Source of the DNA: Macrostomum lignano
Taxonomy: Eukaryota
Length of the DNA stretch: 36,243 nt
Assembly (NCBI GenBank): GCA_002269645.1
Contig: NIVC01003309.1
Span: forward strand, 1-36,243
Direction of reading: 5' to 3'
A program made the position numbers and the translations under genes. The first letter of the stretch is position 1, and each line of letters begins with the position of its first letter. The notes under the pieces were generated by a model. It searched no databases, was not told the DNA's origin, and saw only the letters and a list, made by a program, of their open reading frames with translations. Shown here piece by piece: positions 10,965 to 20,451 of this stretch.

Positions 10965-12607
10965 CGAGGCCAACTCCTCCTTCGGAGAAGAAAGGGGAAG
11001 AACTCCAATCAGCGGAATTCCATTCCCTGAACTCCATCAGCGGAATCCCATTTTCCAACACCTCTCCGCGCAACAGAAATCGTCTCCGTGAAACTGAACA
11101 CTATCGAAATCCTCTCCGTGAGACTGAACACCATCGAAATATTCTCCGCGAAATAGAAATCCTCTCCGTGAAACTGGACTAAATCGAAATTTCTACGTCA
11201 AACAGCCCAGCTCTCAGAATTCATTGGTTAAGGTTAGGGTTAGGGTTAGAGCTACACACAGCTGCGTGTTGACAGACGCCGTAAAAACATTGAACCAATT
11301 AAATTGCGCAACTTATTTCTCAGGCAGTCAGTATCAGCCTCAGTTAAAGTTAACAAAAAGATTGCGCAATCTAAATCAACCCTCAAATACACAGCAACCG
11401 ACCCCCTTCCAATACGCAGTGCATCTAGAAATTGAACATCCCCCCCTCACCAACTATTGGGGGGTCGGTCGAACCCCCATTGAACTCCAAAATGAGAACA
11501 ATCTTTGCAGAAAGCTAAAAGTATGAAAATCTTTTCTTGAATGCTGTGAATTTAATTTTCATATTTAAAGCAAAAAACTTATATCCCCGAACTCATCGCA
11601 GCAAGATCTTTCCAGCAATATAAGTCTCTCCTCTCTAAGTTCAAAACTCGAGCAACAGTTAGTGTTTGAAACTTTCTGATTTTAAGCATTGAAATATCGA
11701 GTGTACGTTCACTGGCTGCAACAGTGAATTGCAATTGTCTATACAGTCAGCCCGTGCGCCAAGGTCCAAGTGCACACGAAATGATTGCGCAATCTAAATC
11801 AACCCTCCAATACACAGCGACTGACCCCCTTCCGCAGTGGCAATTAAAAGTTGAACCGCCCCCCCCCCTCCCACCAACTGTTGGGGGGTTGGTCGAACCC
11901 CCATTGAACCCCAAAATGAGTACAATATTTCCAGAAAGTAAAAAGTATGGAAGTTGTTTTCGATCGCTGTGTTTTTTTCTTTTCACATTTAAAACAAACA
12001 ACTTATATCCCCGAACTCAGTGTTGCGAGACCTTTCCAGCAATATAAGTATATTCTTTTAAAGTTTAGAACTCGAGGAACAGTTTGCGTTTGAAATGTCC
12101 CGATTTAAAGCATTGAAGTATCGAGTGTACGTTCACCTGCCTGCTAAAAAGGCTCGCAAGTTGATGCATTGAATTTCAGTGTGCAAAAAATACACCGGGC
12201 TGCCTAATTGAAAATCAGAGCACATATCGTTGCGCAATTGTCTATACAGTCAGCCCGTGCGCCAAGGTCCAAGTGTACACACGCCGCCACTGAGAACGCA
12301 AGCACCCCCCACTGGAGAGAAAATACACTGCAGAGATAGGAGAAAGTTATGGCGCAATCGCTCAAAATTCATGCAAGTTTTCAGCTCCAAGCAGAAAGAG
12401 GGGACAAATAAGATTATCAAAGGTCAATATTGCAGTTTTTTGCTTTTTTCGGGATCTTAAAATGCAAAAATAAAAAATTGAAATAGCCCACTGCCATCCT
12501 CGGAAAATTTGCAGTTTTCCCATATAAGTTTCGACGCTGACTTGCAAGTCGTCTAGGAGGAGATATGTATCACACAGACAAACAACGCACCACTTTTAGT
12601 ATTTAGA
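10965..12607 (-). mobile_element. Helitron-like unit 4 (1643 bp, with internal duplication)
   Basis: 5' TCTAAATACTAAAAGTGGTGCG. 3' hairpin then CTCG. The segment ~11360-11778 is repeated at ~11783-12280. Confidence 0.65.
11226..11249 (+). repeat. Interstitial telomeric tract GGTTAA(GGTTAG)3
   Basis: Seen directly in the sequence. Confidence 0.9.
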
Positions 12608-13917
12608 CGAGGCCAACTCCTCCGATGGAGGAGAAAGGGGAAGAACTCCCATCACCGGAATTCCATTCCCTGAACTCCATCAGCTGAATCCCAAGACCCG
12701 AATCCCATTATCTAACTGTTCTCCAAATCCATCAAAATCCTCTCTGTGAAACTGAACACGATCGAAATCCTCTCCGCGAAACAGAAATCCTCTCCGTGAA
12801 ACTGGACTCAATCGAAATTTTCTCCGTCAAACAACTAAACTCTCAGGATTCAGTGGTTAGGGTTAGGGTTAGGGTTGGAGCTGCACAGAGCTGCGTGTTG
12901 AAAAGGTCCGATAAAAAATGAGATAATTGAATCAAAAGATTGCGCAATTTACGCTCGTATTTCTAAGTCAGTCAGTATCAGTCTCAGTTAAAGTTAACAA
13001 AAATATTGCGCAATCTAAATCAACCCTCCAATACACAGCGACCGACCCCCTTCCAATACGCAGTGGCAATTAGAAATTGAACCCCCCCCCCCAACTGTTG
13101 GGGGGTCAGTCGAACACCATTGAACTCCTAAAATGAGCACAATCTTTGCAATAAGTTAAAAGTATGGAAATAGTTTTTCCAATGCAGAGCATTTAGTTTT
13201 CATATTTAAAGCAAACAATTTATATCCCCGAACTCAGCGTTGCAAGTTCTTTCCAGCAATATAAGTCTCTCCTCTCAAAGTTAAAAACTCCAGCAACAGT
13301 CTGAGTTTGAAATTTGCCGATTTATAGCATTGCAATATTGAGTGTACGTTCATACGTTCACTGCCTGCTAAAGAGGCCCGCAAGTTTATTCATTGAATTT
13401 CACTGTCTAACCAATGCACAGGGCAGTCAATTGAAAGGCGCTGATAATAAAACCAATTGAATCTCAGCACAATAGCCATATAATTGCGCTTACTTACCCA
13501 CCACCCCACGAAATACACACAGTTCAATTTTTCAGCCGGGGTCCGCTTGTACACACGCTGCCACTGAGAACGCGACCAACCCCCACTGGTGAGAAAATAC
13601 ACTACAGAGATAGGAGAAAGTTGTGGCGCAATCGCTCAAAATCATGCAAATTTTCGGCTCCGAGCAGAAAAAGTGTCCAGAGAAGGTTAGGAAATCAGTT
13701 TTCTGCTTTTTTAGGGATCTTAAAATGTGAAAATAAAAAATTGAAATAGCCCACTGCAGTCCCCGGAAAATTTGCAGTTTCCCCATATAAGTTTCAACGC
13801 TGACTTGCAAGTATTCTAGGAGGAGTTATGCAACACACAAACAAACAGACAAACAAACAAACAATCATCGCACCAACTTTAGTATTAAGAAACATCGCAC
13901 CAGTTTTAGTATTAAGA
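12608..13917 (-). mobile_element. Helitron-like unit 5 (1310 bp)
   Basis: 5' TCTTAATACTAAAACTGGTGCGATG, duplicated (13866-13890 and 13891-13917). 3' hairpin CTCCTCC-gat-GGAGGAG, then CTCG. Confidence 0.65.
12855..12878 (+). repeat. Interstitial telomeric tract (GGTTAG)3GGTTGG
   Basis: Seen directly in the sequence. Confidence 0.9.
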
Positions 13918-14099
13918 GACAGGGACATGTACGCCTCGACTGTATTTGATTTTTAAACAGTATTAAGATCCGTACTCCCATAGCTACATGTACATGTATA
14001 TTTAATTGCTTAATTGCAATGCGTAAAAGCCATCGCACGTACAGCAGTCCCACGTCGACGACATCTGGCCGACGTTCCCGACGTCGGTATAGAGTCAGT

Positions 14100-15703
14100 C
14101 ACCGACATCCGAGAAGTTTCTTATGGCGAGCTTTGCTCTCTGATGATACGTCATTGTATTTGATGCCTTTGTGTTTCTATTCGGTGCTCCTTAACACAGA
14201 GAGAGTCTTGTCTAAAGAATTAATCTTCATCCAGATCCACAAACTTGCAACACAATGCGCCTTTCTGAACCGGAATAATCCTAGCCGTCGATAAATAACC
14301 GATGATTTGCATCGAGAGTCGAAGTGACAGACTCGAATCGTTACAAAAGTCCGAAAAGCATTGCTCTATATCACCTAAGTCAGTTAAGAATTCTGTAATT
14401 TCAAGAGAGTAGCGGACATATGACCTAATCAGCAGTCCAGTAATGCTGTAGATTGTGAAGACTTTCTCAGAATTTGATAGAAATAGAAATTGATCGCGCA
14501 CGGTCATTTCAGTTGATTGATTCAGCGCCTGACTGCAAGTTTCCGGAACTGTAATCTTGCTCTGTACTTGACCTGTCTCTTTGGAAAGAACAAAAAATCA
14601 AAGGAATTTCATCATCTCTGATTTCAACAAGAACAAACAGCTTGTCGCGGTCACCAGCGAGAAAAAATATCTCTACGATGTTGTTTTGAATGTCAGAGGC
14701 CACTTGACTCCACTCAGGTCACACACTGTAATCGCGCCAGGTTGAGCGATGTACAACAGCTGTCGACGGTTGTCGTAGTGAAGGTCTCGGATCGGCTGAT
14801 CGGCCTCCCAGCAGCAGCTTAATGGCTCTGAAATCAGTTTTGGTGCTGTCGACGCTAGAAATATTTCCGAATCGCCAGCGGGATCGCCTTCATCCGATTC
14901 GCTGAGTGGGGAATCGTGACGCTTAACAGCTACAAAGACGGCCGCAGTGGGCAGCTGAGCAGCGCTCTGGCTGCAGTCTCGAATGATGATTCCCTCGCTG
15001 TTGAGACCGAAGCCGCTAGTGTTGCTACAGACTGTCTCGCACTGCAGTTGCCCATCCAGTTCAACAGTTTCAGCAGTTTTTGTCACTCTCAGACTTTTAC
15101 AAAAGTTGGAGTCTGATCAGTATTCTCAACGAGAAGGCAGGAGATGCCTAGCTGCATTTCAGCGCAGGCTTTCAAATTTTTGATAGGTGAAAGCAAATCA
15201 GGAAATGGTACCATGGTTATCTCATCGTCCTCGCTTTTAAATCCGACCAGCTTTGAGTCCAGCTGAATGTTGTTAAGAGACCTCTGCATGCCGTCAGTAA
15301 TTGCAAAGACTTGTCTCAGGTCATTTGCTGCTTTTGCTTGCTCGAGGTCTCGCTCAAAGTCCTCAAGACCTGGGAGAACTCCCAGGGACGTCACCAGATC
15401 GTCATTGTGCCTGGTGATGGCAGCGGTGAGGTCAGCTTGGCACTTGTCTAAAGTGTCTCTCAGCTCGTTGAAAGTGTCATCAAGCAGTTGCAAGTCAGCT
15501 ACCAGTCGTTGTTGCATCAATCTCATAGGCGCTTGAAATTTCTTAAAGCGCGATATTGTTTCCATGACAACTGCCTCAGACTCTTGGGTTTTTAGTCGAT
15601 CGTCCTCGATGTGCTTTGAGCAGAGCTTCAGGCAGGTGATTGGTGACTCAAACTCGACTGGACGCTTGCATAGTCTCACATTGCACAATATTTGCGCCTC
15701 CAT
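14100..15703 (-). pseudogene. Frameshifted paralog of the 517-aa B-box-like/coiled-coil/putative beta-propeller (TRIM-like) gene
   Basis: ORFs 15089-15703, 14673-15086, 14509-14703 and 14220-14507 align by eye, in order, with successive parts of ORF 20452-22005 (e.g. CNVRLC…CLKLCSKH vs CSVRFC…CQPLCSQH; IRDLHYDNRRQLLYIAQ vs IVDIQWDSRRQLLFVAQ; LAGDRDKLFVLV vs LTGNSDKLFVAV). At least three frame changes. The 3' boundary is approximate. Confidence 0.75.
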
Positions 15704-16890
15704 TTGGCCCTCATTAACTTGAAACCTAACCTGTTCTAGTCTGTGTTCGGTTTACTTTATACCCGTTTATTTGTCGAAATTTCAAGCCATTTTGTGCCCT
15801 AGGGAGACTGTGCAATTAAAAATACCGATTTAACGAACCAAAGTGTTACGAAATAAATCTTTCTCACACGAAACCATTCGAAAACAGTTACAGCTATAAC
15901 TACATGTAGTCAATAAAGGTTTCCTTTTTTTTTTTCTTGACTTAAAACGTATTCTACCCCAGGGGCTAAAAATGGTAAAAGTGCACGGGTTGGGCGGGCG
16001 CGATAAAATTCCAATTAATGCATGACGCCTTAATTTAGCTTTTGCGACAGTTCAGTGGATATAAAATGCAGGCAAGTGCAGAGAGCTAGCTGTATTCTCT
16101 CATAAATCAAGGTACATAAATAACCTTTGCACAGTTTTAAATCATATGATAGCACTTAAACTGGAGATTAGGGGTGCTAAAAGTACGAGGTTTACTACCC
16201 AGTACCCAGTATGATATATTGGTACATTGATACATGTATAATTGGGTTTGCATATAAAAAATTTATAAAAAAGAAGTTTTAGAAACGTATACTGAATTGC
16301 AACCAGTACATTAGTGTTTCGCAAGTAAGGGCTATAGTTTAACCTCTTACTTTTCCACTTCAGATGTCGCACTGTCATCTGGGAATGAACTCTCTCGAAG
16401 GTAAGACCATCCAAAAGCTCTATAAATTTGACTAAAACTCTCAGGAGCATGACGATGCTGTCGTGTCAGATTCCATCGCTCCAGAGATAGCTAGTTGTTG
16501 TTATTCGGGTCTGCAACAATACAAAAAGAAGAACAGATTCCATCTGCACGCTCATAGTTACCAGGGCAAGGGTAGGTGTATTCGTAGCGCGTCTGGCTCT
16601 CCCGATTCTAGAAAAATCGACCCCACTGCACACCCCATGAGGGCCAATCACAGAATTAGTGTATAATCCCTGACGATTAGAGAATCAGGTAATCAGGGCC
16701 GCCTGTGCACCCTTTTGTGAGCGTTTGTATGAGTATGAGTGCGTGCCAGTATATGCAAGTATTGGAGTGCTTGTATATATGTGCTCAGGTGTCAAAGTTG
16801 TTGCTCCAGGGTGCCCACAACCCTCTGCAAAATAATATTAACTAATTAGTGTAGCTCGTAAGGACAGTAAATTTCGATCAGCTGACTCAC

Positions 16891-16935
16891 GGTAGCTCAG
16901 AGGTCGTCTCATCGAAAAACTTCTTTCCCTCGTAT
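16891..16935 (-). CDS. Candidate downstream 45-nt exon of the ankyrin gene
   Basis: Flanked by acceptor ttcattttgcAG| and a consensus donor |GTGAGT. Open in phases 1 and 2. It requires an internal donor in exon 3 at 17100 (GTTCGG) or 17095 (GTCAGA), where the sequence turns AT-rich. Confidence 0.4.
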
Positions 16936-16982
16936 CTGCAAAATGAAGTATTATAGAGTTTTCACGAGCTTTCTTGCTGATG

Positions 16983-17585
16983 TCATGAAAAATCCCAATT
17001 CCTTTTTAGCAAAGTTGCTTTTATTTTTGCTAAAAACCAGTACGAATTCATATCTCGTTTGCATGTAGAATTTTCAGTGTTTAGTAATTTCTGACCGAAC
17101 CTAAGCAGCAGCTCGACAAGTTCGCTTCTTCCCTTCTCCCTGGCCGAGTCCAGAGCAGTCCGGCCCCATCCATCTCGCAAACTCCAGTCTGACCCTGCGT
17201 CCAGGAGAACCCGACAAACTGCAGCGGCGTTAGCAGCAGGAGCCTCTCTAGCCGCGACCATGAGTGGCGTAGATCCGAAGCGATCTCTGGCGTTAGGGGA
17301 GGCTCCAGCAGCCAGCAGGGCGGATGCAGCGGCAGAATTGCCGCCCTGGGCCGCATAGTGCAGACAACTGCGAGACCACATGTTCGAGCAAGTTGGATCA
17401 GACAGCCGCAGCAACTGCTGCCACAATTCTTCATCGCAGCATTTGCTGTTGAAAGCTGCCCACATTAACCCAGTTGCACCGGATTTCTCTGGTAGGTCGC
17501 AGCTGCCGCGGGTCGCCGCTTTCTGCAGGCCCAACGAGTTGCTAGCATCGGCCAAGCGTTTTAAAGCTTTTCGATTTGACTTTTC
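16983..17585 (-). CDS. Ankyrin-repeat protein, exon 3 (may end at ~17096-17101 if spliced further)
   Basis: Acceptor ctcaatttAG| at 17587-17586, phase 0 (EKSNRKALKRLADA…). Ankyrin motifs ATGLMWAA, SRSCLHYAA, DRFGSTPLMVAA, DGWGRTALDSA. Confidence 0.85.
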   Translation of the reverse strand, partial: EKSNRKALKRLADASNSLGLQKAATRGSCDLPEKSGATGLMWAAFNSKCCDEELWQQLLRLSDPTCSNMWSRSCLHYAAQGGNSAAASALLAAGASPNARDRFGSTPLMVAAREAPAANAAAVCRVLLDAGSDWSLRDGWGRTALDSAREKGRSELVELLLRFGQKLLNTENSTCKRDMNSYWFLAKIKATLLKRNWDFS

Positions 17586-17684
17586 CTAAATTGAGATGGC
17601 ATTTAGAGAAGCAAGAAATACTGCTCATTTTCAGCGGGACTGAGGCTAATTGACAGAAACAGGGCTATTTAATATTTCCCTCAC

Positions 17685-17736
17685 CTGAAATGTTAGGCCG
17701 GAGATGAAGCCAGCTTTCAGTACGAGTCGTATCTCA
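17685..17736 (-). CDS. Ankyrin-repeat protein, exon 2 (52 nt; EIRLVLKAGFISGLTFQ)
   Basis: Acceptor ttttttgattgcAG| and donor |GTGAGG. It converts the phase-2 end of exon 1 to the phase-0 start of exon 3, giving one continuous ~403-codon frame. Not in the ORF track. Confidence 0.7.
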
Positions 17737-17979
17737 CTGCAATCAAAAAAATATTTGATTCAATAAAGGCGATTCTCTTTATAAATTAATATATTAATAC
17801 AACCATACGGATGTGAACCGTCTACTTTAGAGAACGCTCACCATATCTGGCGGTCTTATTCATGTAAATTTTAGAAGTTACTTGTGAATAGTGACAAACG
17901 AATTAAGTTAATAAGCTACGAACGCTATACGTGATTACGTTTTTAGGCTGATTTGTGAATCTAGCGACATGTTACAAAC

Positions 17980-18574
17980 TTAGGTTGTCTATGGCTTAGG
18001 ATGACTTAGGATGTCTATGGCTTAGGATGAATTAGGATGTCTATGGCTTAGGATGACCTTTTTAGGATGTCAATGGCTTAGGATGACTTTTTTAGGGTGC
18101 CTGTGGCTTAGAATAACTTTTTTTAGAATGTCTATTGCTTAGCATGACTTTTTTAGGATGTCTATGGCTTAAAATGACTTTTTTAGGATGTCTATGGCTT
18201 AAAATGACTTTTTTAGGATGTCTATGGCTTAAAATGACTTTTTTAGGATGTCTATGGCTTAAAATGACTTTTTTAGGATGTCTATGGCTTAAAATGACTT
18301 TTTTAGGATGTCTATGGCTTAAAATGACTTTTTTAGGATGTCTATGGCTTAAAATGACTTTTTTAGGATGTCTATGGCTTAAAATGACTTTTTAGGATGT
18401 CTATTGCTTAGGATGTCTATGGCTTAGGATGTCTATGGCTTAGGATGTCTATGGATTATAATGAATTTTTAGGATGTCTATGGCTTAGGATGACTCAGGA
18501 TGTCTATGGCTTAGGTTGACTTAGAATATATATATAGCTTAAGTTAACTTAGGATTTCTATGGCTTAGGATGAC
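17980..18574. repeat. Intronic minisatellite: 30-bp unit ATGACTTTTTTAGGATGTCTATGGCTTAAA built from 16-bp TTAGGATGTCTATGGC subunits
   Basis: Eight perfect 30-bp copies at 18144-18383, with degenerate 16-30-bp copies on both sides. Confidence 0.92.
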
Positions 18575-18624
18575 GCGTAGTTAGATTAAAATTCCAACGT
18601 TATCTGATCGACCTCCATCAGGAC

Positions 18625-18908
18625 CATAAATGCGCAACCTCCGAAATTCAGTCGGCCGTGCGACTTAGTTTTAACAAAAATGCGACAGTTTTTGGCCAAA
18701 AAGTGCGACTTACATGTAAAAAAATACCTAAAGCAAAATTAACGTAACTTTGGGTAAACGGCAGGAGTAACTCTAACTGTCTTATTAAGGCAAAATGTCT
18801 CGTCATCTACTTAGTACTACTTAATTTATTCTGGTGGGCATTTTTGCGACTTCCCTTGGTTGGCCGCCAAATCGGTCGGCCGACTCGGCCGACTGTTGCG
18901 CATGTATG
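18625..18908. mobile_element. hAT-type MITE, 284 bp, in ankyrin intron 1
   Basis: 14-bp TIR CATAAATGCGCAAC / GTTGCGCATGTATG (1 mismatch). Perfect 8-bp TSD ATCAGGAC at 18617-18624 and 18909-18916. Confidence 0.85.
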
Positions 18909-18979
18909 ATCAGGACCATGGATAGCTCTGACAGGTGCTCTATGAAACACCCCTAGATGGTATAGAAAATCTTTCTCAC

Positions 18980-19536
18980 CGATTAATGTCTCTAGCCAGC
19001 TCTGAGTGGCCGTTAAATCTTGCCAGGTCCATAGCCGTCTGACCCCTTCGATCCTTCATTTCGAGCAGTTGCAATCTTTTTGAGTTGCCAAATTTTTCGA
19101 ACTCATTAAAAATTGGCTGTCGCAGCAGATGCAGCAGGTGCTTGGCGCATCTCCAGCTGCCAGTCCGCGCCGCCTCCATCAGCGGAGTCGCGCCGGAGTG
19201 GTTCGGCAGCCACTTCGCATTGAACGGCAGCAGCGTCAGCAGCCGCAGGTGGTCCCTCCTGGAAGTCAGGTGAGCAGCCGTGTCGCCCGCATCGTCAGAA
19301 GCAAGAGGATCTGCACCCAGCTCAAATAAGTACATGATGCACTTCTCAGTCATTACGGACGTATCAGGAGCATCGGCCACCAGCATGAGGACGGTCTGGT
19401 GAGCAGCATCAGTTGCCGTCGCCAGCTGATGCGTTGCCAGACGCCTTACCTCGCCGAAGTTGGCACGGCAGATCAGGTGAGCCAGTGTCTGCATCGCAGC
19501 TCTGTCATTGGCAATGCTCGGATTACTGGTAGCCAT
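18980..19536 (-). CDS. Ankyrin-repeat protein, exon 1
   Basis: ATG in acacATGG context. Ankyrin motifs HQTVLMLVA, DDAGDTAAHL, NHSGATPLMEAA, DRRGQTAMDLA. The apparent stop TGA overlaps a donor CG|GTGAGA at 18979. Confidence 0.85.
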
Positions 19537-20451
19537 GTGTGTTTGTTAGAGAGATACAGAGCACAGCTTGGACTAAGAGAGGCTCTATGTGAGAACAGAG
19601 CTAGACCTATTGTACCTGGAGCTGGCTCCGAGACAGATCACTTATATTCGCGTACTCTGAACTACACTACTGTACGGCAATGAAGGGATGAATTTTCCAA
19701 CTGCAGTACAATAAAACTGAGCTCAGAACAGAGTGCTGCCCATGACTATGTTTGTACTTAGAAGTACATCTCAACCGCAACTCTATCCTGTGCTCATGAA
19801 TGCTCTCCAAGTAGCCCCTATGAATGTACAGCCTCTTTCACAGTTAAGTGGAAGACACTGCATCTGAAGAAATCTTGAGCTGCAAGCAAGTTCTGAGGCG
19901 AGAGTTAACAGTCTATACCAACAAGAACACCCCAAAGAATCCGTAGACAGTAAACGCAGTTTTCTAAGAAGCGAGATTTTATTTAAAAACTGTTTGAAAC
20001 GAGGCTCAAAAGTAAACCAATTAAACTGAAAATAATGTTTTAATAACTCTAGTTATAAATTTAGATCATACGCTTCGTAAAATAGAAAGTTTTAATAGGG
20101 AATAATCAAGATGTCTTCAGATGAGGCGTCTTGCATTTAAAGTACATAAAATACGAGTACATGTCATAGAAATTGATTATAAAAATTTATTCTTATCTAA
20201 AACGGATCTATCAGTTTAGAAGAGCGTTAAATGAGAGATAAAAACAGCATCTACGTGGGGAGTTGTTAAATTGTCTTTAATGTGCAGCAGGGAGCAGGAT
20301 AAATATTGAATTTGATCAGCCAGAAGCATTGGTAGAAAAAAATGGAATTTGAGCAGTTCTGAAGTTTGTTAAAAATTTTGTTTATTCGATTTTTCGAGGA
20401 TTTATCGAAATAAAGAAGTAAACTTTTCACTGCTTGTACAGGTAAAAAACT

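Larger units (their letters stand above)
5815..13917 (-). mobile_element. Head-to-tail array of five non-autonomous Helitron-like (rolling-circle) elements
   Basis: Minus-strand junctions read hairpin…CTCG|T(C)…TAATACTAAA… at 8315/8316, 9697/9698, 10964/10965 and 12607/12608. The left end is CTCG followed by T (5815/5814); the right end is TCTTAATACTAAAAC (13917). No TIRs or TSD. A short GTTT/GTCT microsatellite lies just inside each 5' end, as in Lep1-type non-autonomous Helitrons. Confidence 0.7.

Noticed and set aside
6974-13810. Short ORFs recurring in the array units (e.g. MQVSVETYMGKLQIF…, KSSPRNRNPLRET…)
   Set aside because: They recur only because the DNA is repeated. Frames and stops differ between units, and there are no Rep (HUH) or helicase motifs.
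7000-13917. CRISPR-like or terminal telomere interpretation of the repeat array
   Set aside because: The context is eukaryotic, there is no constant-repeat/unique-spacer pattern and no cas genes. The TTAGGG tracts are only 3-5 units long and internal, so this is not a chromosome end.
13917-15703. Helitron capture of the adjacent TRIM-like gene
   Set aside because: The gene lies upstream of the array's 5' end, whereas classical read-through capture takes sequence beyond the 3' terminus. No enclosing termini were found.
18135-18395. (MTFLGCLWLK)n ORF
   Set aside because: Translation of a 30-bp intronic minisatellite, on the strand opposite the host gene.
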